This document shows positions 20,383 through 29,967 of a stretch of DNA of 64,000 bases, piece after piece; the first letter of the stretch is position 1; each line of letters opens with the position of its first letter. Source of the DNA: Candidatus Latescibacterota bacterium (GTDB lineage: Bacteria > Latescibacterota > UBA2968 > UBA8231); contig CBDAOB010000004.1 of assembly GCA_965197905.1 (NCBI GenBank), positions 1,248,001-1,312,000 of the forward strand, in the 5' to 3' direction. Made by a program: the position numbers and the translations under genes. Under the pieces are notes generated by a model that worked only from the letters and a program-made list of their open reading frames with translations, was not told where the DNA came from and did not search any database.

Positions 20383-20416
20383 TCACGGTATATCGCAACC
20401 TCGCGATATACCGTGA
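20383..20416. repeat. Perfect 14-bp inverted repeat
   Basis: TCACGGTATATCGC-aacctc-GCGATATACCGTGA in the intergenic region. Confidence 0.8.
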
Positions 20417-20583
20417 TCATTCCACCTAGAAGCCGATAAATTTTCAGGGCAGCTTCAAAGCCTTAACATATTGTTATGTATACTCTTACGAGCATTTCTA
20501 CGCCACTGGCACGGTTGTTGATTGGGGATTGGTAGCGAGACACTCAGCCTCCATCAAAATGAGCGCGAAAAAGGAGACGACCG

Positions 20584-21849
20584 ATGTCAAGAATCTCTGT
20601 TTCAGGAATGATAGCGATCCTGGTTATGTCCTTCGCCGGCTGCGGCGGCAGCGAGGACAAATCACCCCTGGCATCTCCCACGCCGTCGACCCCATCATCG
20701 GGAAGCATCGCGGAAGATTCGACGACGCCTGGAAACGATGGGGAAAGCGCCCAAGCAGGTACGGATGCGTCGACCGACTCGTCGCCTATCTTGGGTGGCG
20801 GGACCGGGATGGGGTCTGCGACCTCATTGCCTTCCCCGAGCGGACTTAATCCTTCGTTCGTGGGCAACTTCCTCGACGTAAACAGCTTTCCCCTCAATCT
20901 GATTCTGTCCGGCGGACCACCCAAGGATGGTATTCCCGCACTGACGAATCCGACGTTTGCGGCGGATGCCACGTATTTGTTCGACGAAGATCTGGTCCTG
21001 GGCGTGGTGATCAATGGCGTGGCCCGCGCCTACCCGCACAATATCGGTTGGTGGCACGAGATTGTGAACGACGAGATCGGCGGCGAGTTCATATCCGTGA
21101 CCTTCTGCCCCCTCACCGGCACCGGATTGGTATTCGACGCCACCGACGAAACCGGTGAGCAGTTCGAACTCGGCGTCTCCGGCCTGCTCTTCAACACCAA
21201 TCTGATCATGTATGATCGCCGCGACGGCACGACCCTTTATCCGCAAATGACCTTCACGGGCCTGCAGGGCTCCCGTGAAGGCCAAGCATTGAGCCTGCTA
21301 CCGGTGGTGGAGACTACGTGGAGCACCTGGAAAAGACTACATCCAGATACGCAGGTTGTAGCCGAGGGGCCGTACTCCGTTACCAGGTATGGCAGTTATC
21401 CCTATGGCAACTACCGCAGCAACGACGGCCAGTTTCTCTTCCCTCTGACGCCCCCCCTGCAATCCTTCGACGGCGCTAAGGATATGGTCCTGGGGGTGCG
21501 GCTGGACGGCGAAGCCAAGGCGTATCCGTTCGAGAAGATGGGGCAGCAGGCGATCATCAACGACCAGGTAGGAGGTGTGGACATCGCGGTGTTGTGGGAT
21601 CGGGGGAGTTCGCTCGCCATTCCGTACGCCCGCGAGGTGGGCGACCAGGTATTGAGCTTCGAGCTCCAGACCGACGACGGCTTCCCGTTCCTGTTGAGAG
21701 ACCGGGAAACGCAAAGCCTGTGGAATGTGAACGGACAGGCCATCGAAGGTCCCCTGGAAGGCCAGCAGCTAACCCAGATTCCCGCCCACAATAGCATGTA
21801 TTTCGCCTGGATAACATTCTGGCAGAATAGTGAAGTGTGGAACCCGTAA
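20584..21849 (+). CDS. DUF3179-family lipoprotein
   Basis: Lipobox FAGC; S/T/P-rich linker; GGPPKDGIPAL, HEIVND, TFCPLTGT, SGLL, YFAW. Confidence 0.88.
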   Translation: MSRISVSGMIAILVMSFAGCGGSEDKSPLASPTPSTPSSGSIAEDSTTPGNDGESAQAGTDASTDSSPILGGGTGMGSATSLPSPSGLNPSFVGNFLDVNSFPLNLILSGGPPKDGIPALTNPTFAADATYLFDEDLVLGVVINGVARAYPHNIGWWHEIVNDEIGGEFISVTFCPLTGTGLVFDATDETGEQFELGVSGLLFNTNLIMYDRRDGTTLYPQMTFTGLQGSREGQALSLLPVVETTWSTWKRLHPDTQVVAEGPYSVTRYGSYPYGNYRSNDGQFLFPLTPPLQSFDGAKDMVLGVRLDGEAKAYPFEKMGQQAIINDQVGGVDIAVLWDRGSSLAIPYAREVGDQVLSFELQTDDGFPFLLRDRETQSLWNVNGQAIEGPLEGQQLTQIPAHNSMYFAWITFWQNSEVWNP

Positions 21850-21882
21850 GGACAAGCCAAGGCGGTCGGGACGAGGGACGGC

Positions 21883-22779
21883 TCAGCTCTCGGGAGTTTC
21901 CCCGATATTGGCCAAGCGCTCTTTTGCCTGTGTGTAGGTCTCGTCGGGCAGCGGCCCTGTTTGGGCTGTAGCCGCATTGGCGTTGAGATGATCCACATCA
22001 GCGGTGCCCGCAATGGTGGTATGACATGCTGGGTGCGTCAGCGTGAAGCGAAGCACAAACTCGTAGCGGTTCATGCCTTCAGACAATTCATCGAGATGGG
22101 CATTGTCAAACTTGCCCCAGGTTTCCTCGCCGGCCATATGACCCTTGGCGACGCCCCCGCGGATAATAATGCCCGCTCCCAGTTCCGCGGCTTCGAGAAT
22201 CATATCTTCATGTTTTCTGGCCAGCGCTGAATACGGAATCTGAAACGTGTCGAAAACGCCCATGCGGGCGAAGGTCATCAAATCCGGTGCCATTGATGAA
22301 ACACCTATGAAACGGGTCTTGCCCGCCTGCTGAATCTCCTGCAGAACCGCGACGAGTCCGCCTTTCTCGACGTCCTCCACGGTTGGATTGTGCATCTGCA
22401 GCAGGTCCACCTGATCGGTCTTCATCCGCTCCAAGCTCTGATCGATGTTCCTGTGCAATCGATCTGCCGTCCATATGTGACGCGGCTCCCGTCTCACGTG
22501 GTCCGAGCCGACGTTGCAGCCGCATTTGGTTGCTAAGAAGAACTCATCGCGCCGCTGGCTGATATACTTGCCGATGCGCTCCTCGCTGAAGCCGTAGTCT
22601 GGCGCCGTATCAATAAAGTTGATACCCGCATCAAGCACTCCGTTGAGTACTCGTTCGGCCTGCTCTTCGGTAATTTCTTCCCTCGTGCCGCGCAGCTCCA
22701 TGGCACCAAAGCCGAGCTGGGTTACCTCCAGGCCCGTGCGACCAAGCGTTTTCTTCGGCAAATCCGGCGGCATGTTCAA
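21883..22779 (-). CDS. Aldo/keto reductase
   Basis: LGRTGL, FIDTAPDYG, ATKCG, LQMH. Confidence 0.92.
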   Translation of the reverse strand: MNMPPDLPKKTLGRTGLEVTQLGFGAMELRGTREEITEEQAERVLNGVLDAGINFIDTAPDYGFSEERIGKYISQRRDEFFLATKCGCNVGSDHVRREPRHIWTADRLHRNIDQSLERMKTDQVDLLQMHNPTVEDVEKGGLVAVLQEIQQAGKTRFIGVSSMAPDLMTFARMGVFDTFQIPYSALARKHEDMILEAAELGAGIIIRGGVAKGHMAGEETWGKFDNAHLDELSEGMNRYEFVLRFTLTHPACHTTIAGTADVDHLNANAATAQTGPLPDETYTQAKERLANIGETPES

Positions 22780-22830
22780 CCTCCATTCAAGGGATACTGC
22801 AGTTCAAATCGTTCGGCCAACGTGTCCCGA

Positions 22831-23799
22831 CTAGCTCGGCACATTGCTCTTGTAGTCGAGGGGTAACTCGAAATCGATCAGTTCCGGAAAGTAACACTCG
22901 TGCGCGTCGCAAGCCTGGAATCGCAGACGCGCCTGTACTGTAAACGACTCTTTGCGATGGTTGCGAATCGGCGCCGTGAGCAGAATGCGGCCATCGTAGA
23001 TCGGCAGGGTCTCGCCGAGACCTTCCAAGAGAAGGAGTCTTGGCTCGGGATAGGCAACATCTCCAAAGTGGACATCCCCGACCTCCTGAAAGGTGAGCGT
23101 GGTCGGAACGTAGTTCTCCGGGAGCGGACGGCCATAGAGATGGCTGCCTTCTCTGACCTCGATCTCAGCGGTGAAGGTCAGCACCTGGCCTGGGCGGACG
23201 GTTCGCGCGGAGAGGTAAGCGGTCGCATCCACCCTTTCAGAGCTCGAAGTCTGCACCACGCCGCGGCTGGCATCCTCGATTCGAAAGACATCCCCGAGCA
23301 TACGAGAGACCGCATCCCGGACGCCGTGATTGGCGTAGAAGGAACGATCGATAACGGTGCCATGTTCGTCGGCCACTATAGTACCGGGAAAAGGGACCCC
23401 GTACCAGGCATGATCCACAGGGATGTGGGTGTTGAAAATACCGAAACGACGGATGACAGCGCTATCGGTATCGGCCAGTAGCGGATATGAGATATCGTGT
23501 TTCTCCGCGAATTCGCCAAGAACCTGCACCGTGTCATAGCTGATGGCGCAGACCCGGATGGCGTTGTTCTCGAATTCCGCTTCGCGTTCCTGCAGTTCGA
23601 CCAACTGCGTTCGGCAGGGAGGTCACCAGGAAGCGCTTCGATGAAAAAGGATCAGAGCCTTATTCGTCCCATCCGGCTGGTAGCGAAACGGCTTGCCGAA
23701 CTGATCGGGAAGGGTGAATTCGGGAATCCGCTCGCCGACCTCGGGACCCTTGGCAAACTCTTCGCTGGTGGGATCGCCGGAATTTTTCAGCTCTGCCAT
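22831..23799 (-). CDS. Probable selenoprotein: AhpC/TSA-type redoxin (UxxC) fused to DsbD N-terminal-like domain
   Basis: ATG 23799 with GGAG RBS gives MAELK...GERIPEFTLPDQFG...FHRSASW-TGA(23623-25)-PPCRTQLVELQ, in frame with ORF 22831..23604; C-terminal FQACDAHECYFP. Confidence 0.85.
23592..23608 (-). promoter_or_regulatory. Putative bacterial SECIS hairpin
   Basis: GCAGUU-GGUCG-AACUGC begins 14 nt after the UGA; loop starts 20 nt downstream with G first. Confidence 0.65.
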
Positions 23800-23863
23800 T
23801 TCTTAGAAACTCCTTCTGGCGATGTAACCGAGTCGCTTGGATTCCCTGGCTCGAACCGAAGAA

Positions 23864-25073
23864 TCAAGCGTACTGTTCCATCCTCTCGCTGACCGCTTTG
23901 CCCTTGCCCCTTACGATGTCGTCGCGTTGCCAGGTCGCCGCAGCGCGATAGATGTCACTCTCTTCGCCGACCGTCTTCTGAAGCTGTGCTGGCGTGAGCC
24001 ACTCAGCGCGATTTCCGTTTTCGACCAGCGATGCAGCCAGGGATTCTTCGGGTGAGTAACCGTAGACTCGACAAATGCCATCGTCCTGCTCGACGTCTTC
24101 GATATAGGACATCCACGGGACCTCGATCCCGATCTGCTGCTGCGTGAGCGCTTGCAGCGACCCGATCCGGGCCCCAACGTCCCAGCCGACACCCTCCTCT
24201 TCCTCCCAACCTTCGCCCCCGGGCAGTTCAAGCCGATCATTCTCCTGGTCGTGCAGTACGAGAAACTTAGACTGATCTCCCACCGAGTCCTCGATCAGTA
24301 AACGCGTTGTAGAGATCGGTTTGTCGAACCAGACCGGGATCAACCGCTTACCGAAGTCGCTGAGCGCTTCGAGGGCCGCCGGATCATATGGGTAGTAACC
24401 TGCCGCCGGCGGCGCGTTGACCGCACAGTACTTGTTGAAGATGCCGCAACGATCCTTGTCCGTTGTGCCTGGGGGAGCCTTGTGCCAGGTATGACCGTGC
24501 ATGAGTAGCAGGTCCCCGGCCTTGAGTTCAGAATCGATGAAATCGGGGAGCCGCTTTTCGTCGGGCCGCGTAACATCCCATATCGGACCAGTGGTATCCC
24601 ATTCCGACAGCCGGTGCGATCCAGGCGACACGAGAAGCGGACCGTATTCGGGGTTGAAATCCGTCAGCGGGATGATCGCAAACAGCCAGTTCATCGACGA
24701 GCCGACCGGTCGCCAGCGTTTGTAATCGCAGTGTGCGCCGCCCCCTTTGTCCCCGGGGACTCCGGAGATAAGCAACGTACGCGGTGAGGTGGGCAGGTTG
24801 TCCGAGCAACGCTTCCACGGCATCGACAACAACTGGATGTTCCGCGATCGGGGCCAGACCCGGCGCGGAAATTCGGTTGCCGCTGATGGTGTATTTGCCG
24901 GGTTCGGGATAAGTCAGGGTAGAGGGATATCCCATATGAGGGGTGTATTCCACTACGGTGCGGCGAAGATCGTCGGCTTCCCCTGAAGACAGCACATCGC
25001 GAATGATCAGGTAACCCTCTTTCTGGTAATCCGCGCTCTGCTGATCCGTCAAAGCAGCGGTCATTGTGGCCAT
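23864..25073 (-). pseudogene. Phytanoyl-CoA dioxygenase (PhyH) family with Nudix-like C-terminal region, frameshifted
   Basis: N-part (YQKEGYLIIRDVLS...YLRSP) and C-part (GDKGGGAHCD...GSH...AGDLLLMHGHTWH) join if one C is removed from CCCCGGGG at ~24751-24758. Confidence 0.8.
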
Positions 25074-25106
25074 GGTCGTGTCCTTGGTATTATCGCGCCG
25101 AGCGCA

Positions 25107-25400
25107 TCATTTCTCGCTGGCAACCTCAAAACGTTCGGAATCGGTCGGTTTGGACCAGAGGTCGGGAGCCCCGCTCATGACGGCCTCGCGTTCCGGACTG
25201 GCTTTCCATGCGTCGTAGATCTCGTTGCTCTCCCACGTCACAAGGGTTGTGATCTTCGTCTCGTCAGTCAGAGAATACAGCGTTTCCCGGCTGATGAACC
25301 CGGGTGCTCTGCTCTGCGCCAGGCCATTTCGATCCAGGAGCTCCCTGGCTGTGCCAAGCTGATCCTTCTTCGCCCAATGGTGTGTTAGTACGCCGATCAT
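25107..25400 (-). CDS. Antibiotic biosynthesis monooxygenase (ABM) family protein
   Basis: 97 aa; APGFIS...LVTWES..Y.AW.AS. Confidence 0.8.
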   Translation of the reverse strand: MIGVLTHHWAKKDQLGTARELLDRNGLAQSRAPGFISRETLYSLTDETKITTLVTWESNEIYDAWKASPEREAVMSGAPDLWSKPTDSERFEVASEK

Positions 25401-25448
25401 CGATTTCCCCGTCTGTGTTCGGTTTCGCGATTTCTTGCCGAACCCTTA

Positions 25449-25628
25449 CTAATCGATCCTCAATTCTTTCAGTGCCTTGAGAACGGTAACTCCATCAACA
25501 CGATCGTGGACCCGGTCGAGCCATTGAGCTCGGATAATACTGTTTGAATCGATCAGGTAGGTGCTGGTAATGCCGTATTTGTCGACGACATTCAGTCGAT
25601 CGTGTGCCGGTTTTCGCCCAGGATTCGC
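25449..25628 (-). pseudogene. C-terminal remnant of a redoxin/peroxiredoxin-like protein
   Basis: HDRLNVVDKYGITSTYLIDSNSIIRAQW...VLKALKEL*; no start codon or active-site half. Confidence 0.5.
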
Positions 25629-26876
25629 TCATCCTCCCGCAGCTTTGACGTCATAGGCGAACAGCAATTCCTGGTCGCGCATGAAGAGCGTCCCGTTGGC
25701 AACCACCGGGGAAGCCCAGATGCCACCATCCGGTTTTCGCAGCTTTGACAGCGGAGTGAGCTTGAAGCGGCCGTGCTCAGTGTATTTGTCCGGTCGAGCC
25801 TCGATCAGCGCCACGTCTCCATCCTGGCCCAAACAGTAGAAGCGGCCGTCGGCGAAGGTCAGCGAACCTTTTGCCGGTCCGTTCTGCTCTTCGTTCCACA
25901 ACAGTTTGCCGGTGTCGAACGCCTGGCAAGCCCATCCGACCTTGTCGGAATAGCCGTAGATGTGATTGTCCAGAAGAAGGACGCCGCCGTGGTGATTCTT
26001 CATGACCTTGTTGGAGTAGACTTCTGTCGGCTGTTGGTCGGGGCCGATCTCCACCACCTTGCAGCCGACGCCATACCCGGCGGTAACGTAGACCCTATTG
26101 TTCCGCGATATCGGAGTGGGAGCTACGGCCACGGCGCCGGGAAACTCAGCGCGCCAAAGGAGCTTTCCGGATGCGGGTTCGATTCCGACAACGCTCTTCA
26201 TGGTGAGCTGAACGTATTGGCGGGCGCCTTGAATCAACGGAGCAATCATGGAGGTGTACTGGGCTTGATCGGTGAATTCCTTGGACTGCCAGATGAGCGC
26301 GCCAGATTGCGCATCCAGAGCGGCGATCGCACCGTTTGCACCCCCCGGTGTACAGAGTACTCTGCCGCCGTCGACCAGGACCGACTCCGTATAGCCCCAC
26401 CTAGGGACCGTACCTCCCAGCTCAGCGAGATTCTGCTGCCAGATCAGGGAGCCGTTCTCAACGTTGAGGCAAACGAGGTTGCCACTCGCGCCCAGGGCGT
26501 AAACGCGATTCTCATATACCGTTGGCGTCGATCGCGGGCCGTTTCCCCAGTGGTTTTCGAACAAAGTACCGATCTCGGTCGACCAAACCTCAGCCCCGGT
26601 CTCGACGTCTACCGCGATAGCAAACTCGGCATCACCCCGGGAACCCATGGTGTAGAGCCGCCCGCCGGCCACCGCGAAACTGGAATAACCGAGACCGGCG
26701 TCGCGGAAGAGCCACTTGAATTTGGGTCCGCCTTCGGGCCAATGCTGGAGCAATCCTTTTTCAGCAGATATGTTGGTCCGATCGGGACCGCGCCACTGGG
26801 GCCAGTCCGTTCCGGCTGAGGGTTGGCAACCAACGACCCCGGCCAAAACGAGGAGGAGACATTTTCGTTGTTTCAT
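25629..26876 (-). CDS. PQQ-binding-like beta-propeller lipoprotein
   Basis: Lipobox VVGC; WPQWRGPDR, GPRSTPTV, MKNHHGG, WASPVVANG. Confidence 0.88.
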   Translation of the reverse strand: MKQRKCLLLVLAGVVGCQPSAGTDWPQWRGPDRTNISAEKGLLQHWPEGGPKFKWLFRDAGLGYSSFAVAGGRLYTMGSRGDAEFAIAVDVETGAEVWSTEIGTLFENHWGNGPRSTPTVYENRVYALGASGNLVCLNVENGSLIWQQNLAELGGTVPRWGYTESVLVDGGRVLCTPGGANGAIAALDAQSGALIWQSKEFTDQAQYTSMIAPLIQGARQYVQLTMKSVVGIEPASGKLLWRAEFPGAVAVAPTPISRNNRVYVTAGYGVGCKVVEIGPDQQPTEVYSNKVMKNHHGGVLLLDNHIYGYSDKVGWACQAFDTGKLLWNEEQNGPAKGSLTFADGRFYCLGQDGDVALIEARPDKYTEHGRFKLTPLSKLRKPDGGIWASPVVANGTLFMRDQELLFAYDVKAAGG

Positions 26877-27076
26877 GGGGCTTATCCTTCCACTTTGTGG
26901 CTTGCTTGAATACCAAACTCAATCTATCGAAAAACAGCCCTAACTGAAAAACAGAAGCTCTTGATTTGAGGACTGCGCACGGCGTCGATGAGGACCGCCG
27001 CCGGCACGCGCGACTCGGCTGAACTCCTGTCGGAAGCAGAGGGTCTGCACTATTATCTGAGACCGGAGGAACCTGG

Positions 27077-28048
27077 ATGAACCTCAAACCATACACGCAC
27101 GTCATCTATGCCGCTGCGGCCTTGTTTGCAATCTCGAGCTGCGGCACGGAGGGGGACGGTCGCCGCTTTCTCAGTGTCGGCACAGCCCCGCCAGGTGGCG
27201 CGTTCTTTGTCGTCGGTGGCGCCATTGCCCAGGTGGTCGGCGCTCACTCGGCCGACCGCGTTTGGCAAATCTCGGCCGAGGCCACCAAGGGTACGCAGGA
27301 AAACATACGAAGGTTGAACCGTGGCGAGTTGCAGTTCGCCCTGGCGAACGCGGCCATCACCTTTTTTGCGGTGCGCGGCGAGGGGGCCTGGGGCGAGAAG
27401 CAGAACGTCAAAACGGTGGCGACACTTGCCCCTAACGTCGCTCTTTTCATCGCGCCCGCCACAGAGGAGATCGAACGCATCGGCGATCTCAAGGGCAAAC
27501 GTGTGGTCGTGGGCCCGGCGGGAGCTGGCTTCGAATATTTCCTCGAGCCGATCCTCGCCGCACACGGTGTCACCTACAACGACTTCACACCGTTGCACAA
27601 CACCCAGGCTGGCGCGGTCGACATGCTTGCAGATGGCTCTGCCGGCGCTGCGTTTCTGGGGGGCGCCGTGCCCACGGCTTCCATCACCCAGGCATCAGCG
27701 AGCCAAGAAATCCGCTTCGTGCCCTACGAGACCACGGCATTGACCCAGCTGTTCGAGCATTACCCCTTCTTTAACAGCGCGACGATCAAAGCCGGCACCT
27801 ACCGCGGTCAAGCCGAGGACTTTCACGGAATGAATGTGGGCGCCATGCACCTCATCGCCGGAGCCAGTCTAGACGAAGACACCGTGTATTACTTCACCAA
27901 GACCCTCTATGAGAATCGCGCCGAGGTGGTCAAACACCACCCCGCCGGCAAAGCGATCAACCCCAAGAACGTAGTTCGCGATACCGGGACTCCATTCCAT
28001 CCAGGGGCCGAACGCTATTATCGGGAGATCGGCATCTGGCCCCGGTGA
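27077..28048 (+). CDS. TAXI-family TRAP transporter solute-binding subunit
   Basis: GTAPPGG.F, EATKGTQEN, DLKGKRV, PFHPGAERYY. Confidence 0.93.
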   Translation: MNLKPYTHVIYAAAALFAISSCGTEGDGRRFLSVGTAPPGGAFFVVGGAIAQVVGAHSADRVWQISAEATKGTQENIRRLNRGELQFALANAAITFFAVRGEGAWGEKQNVKTVATLAPNVALFIAPATEEIERIGDLKGKRVVVGPAGAGFEYFLEPILAAHGVTYNDFTPLHNTQAGAVDMLADGSAGAAFLGGAVPTASITQASASQEIRFVPYETTALTQLFEHYPFFNSATIKAGTYRGQAEDFHGMNVGAMHLIAGASLDEDTVYYFTKTLYENRAEVVKHHPAGKAINPKNVVRDTGTPFHPGAERYYREIGIWPR

Positions 28049-29967
28049 TTCCGGCGGCTGAACGGCGAATCTTTGGCGTCGGTGCAGCGCTGTTGTGTCT
28101 GTTCCTGCTGGCCGAAGTGAACTACCCCCAACTCCCACCCCAGAGCCAGTTGTCCCTTTTTGCACTGCTCGGTCTGGTTCTGGTTTTCCTGAAATTTCCT
28201 TCCTCGCAGGCCACTCGCACGCGCCGTTGGCGTGTTGTCGACGCGCTCCTGTGTGCACTCACGATACTTTGCTTCGGCTACGTGTTCACCCAGGTGGAGC
28301 CGACGTTGAGCATGGTGTGGTTAGACGGGGTTGCCCTTGGACATCGGGCCGGGGCGGAAAACCCCCTCGATTTCTGGGTCGGTTTAGCGGGTCTGGTTTT
28401 GATTCTGGAAGCGGCGCGACGAGCTGTGGGTCCGGCGCTACCGGCCCTGGCTTTGCTTTTTGTGTTGTATGCGGCGACCGGCCCGCTGATGCCCGACTGG
28501 CTCTTTCCCCACCGCGGGTATTCCTGGCAACGGATCGTCAGCCAGACCTTCCTGCACAGCCAGGGTGTGTTCGGCGTGCCCCTGCGGGTGATGTTCACCT
28601 ACGTATTTCTGTTCGTGCTGTTCGGTGCGTTGCTGGAGCGAACCGGCGCCATCGGTTTCATCCTCGGCTTTGCGCGGCGATGGCTGGGACAGAGTGCTGG
28701 GGGGCCGGCCAAGGTAGCGGTGGTAGGCAGCGGTCTCATGGGATCCCTCTCCGGCAGTGCCGTGGCCAACACGGCGACCACGGGGACCTTTACCATCCCG
28801 CTGATGCGCGCCGTCGGCTTTCGGCGCGAGATCGCCGCTGGTGTCGAAGCTGCGGCCAGCTCCGGCGGCGCGTTGGTTCCACCCATCATGGGAGCTGGGG
28901 CCTACATGATGCTGGAGTTGGTGGACCCGCCCGTGACCTACCTTCAGATCGTGCGAGCCGCGTTGCTGCCCGCCGTGCTGTATTACCTGTCCTTGCTGCT
29001 TGTGGTACACCTGCAGGCACGTCGTCAGGGATCCGCGGGTGAATCGCAAACCCATAAAACCTCCGGCGTTTGGCCCGGCATCGTTTTTGGTGGAGCCTTC
29101 GCTACGTTGCTGATTTTCCTGTTGTTGGGCTACACGCCATTCCGCGCCGTGAGTTTGGGCTTGTTAACTACAGTGATCCTCGCCGGCTGCGGCAGCGATA
29201 CTCGAGTGGGCCCCCGGGGGCTTCTGCAAGCAGCGGAGCGAGCGGCTCACAGCGGCGTAGCGTTGGTCGCGGCAGCCGCGTGCGTGGGAACCATCATCGG
29301 CGTCGTCACCCTGACCGGCATCGGGTCGAAACTGCCCGGGCTGTTGTTGCCGCTAGCCCAGGACAACCTTCCCGCGGCGTTGGTGCTGTTGATGGTATCG
29401 ACCATCATCCTGGGCCTCGGGCTGCCTTCGGCTGTCTGTTATCTGCTGATGGCCACGTTCGTGGGGCCGCTGCTGGCAGACCTAGGACCGACACCGCTGG
29501 CCGGACACCTTTTCATCTTCTACTTCGGGATGATGTCCATGGTGACGCCGCCGGTAGCGCTGGCGGCCTACACGGCCGCAGCCATTGCCGGCAGCCAGAT
29601 TTTGAAGACCGGGCTGGCTGCGTTTCGTTTTGCGTCGATCGGTTTTGCCTTGCCGTACGCTTTTGTGTTGCGCCCCGAACTGCTGATGCTGGCGCCAACC
29701 GGGGGCACGGCTTCCCTTGGAGCCGTTCTGATCAACTTTGGGACCACGGCGATCGGCGTCGGAGCGTTAGCAGCCGCCGTTGCGGGTTATCTGCGCACCC
29801 CGCTGGGGGCCGCTCCCCGTCTGTTGTTGGTGGCGGTGTCTGCCGTCTTCCTGTTCGTGGGACCGAACCTGAACAATCTTGCCATGTTTCTGGGGGCCGC
29901 GATGGCGGGAGTGGCCGCCCTGCTCCTCAACCGTCGAGTTCAAATCGCACAGTCGCCGCCGCCCTAG
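28045..29967 (+). CDS. TRAP transporter fused 4TM/12TM permease
   Basis: GGPAK, SGSAVAN, TGTFTIP, PPIMGAGA, TPPVALAA; overlaps the TAXI gene stop. Confidence 0.93.
   Translation: MIPAAERRIFGVGAALLCLFLLAEVNYPQLPPQSQLSLFALLGLVLVFLKFPSSQATRTRRWRVVDALLCALTILCFGYVFTQVEPTLSMVWLDGVALGHRAGAENPLDFWVGLAGLVLILEAARRAVGPALPALALLFVLYAATGPLMPDWLFPHRGYSWQRIVSQTFLHSQGVFGVPLRVMFTYVFLFVLFGALLERTGAIGFILGFARRWLGQSAGGPAKVAVVGSGLMGSLSGSAVANTATTGTFTIPLMRAVGFRREIAAGVEAAASSGGALVPPIMGAGAYMMLELVDPPVTYLQIVRAALLPAVLYYLSLLLVVHLQARRQGSAGESQTHKTSGVWPGIVFGGAFATLLIFLLLGYTPFRAVSLGLLTTVILAGCGSDTRVGPRGLLQAAERAAHSGVALVAAAACVGTIIGVVTLTGIGSKLPGLLLPLAQDNLPAALVLLMVSTIILGLGLPSAVCYLLMATFVGPLLADLGPTPLAGHLFIFYFGMMSMVTPPVALAAYTAAAIAGSQILKTGLAAFRFASIGFALPYAFVLRPELLMLAPTGGTASLGAVLINFGTTAIGVGALAAAVAGYLRTPLGAAPRLLLVAVSAVFLFVGPNLNNLAMFLGAAMAGVAALLLNRRVQIAQSPPP

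Noticed and set aside
20584..21849. DUF3179 protein as a second selenoprotein
   Set aside because: No in-frame TGA; the motif has Cys (TFCPLT).
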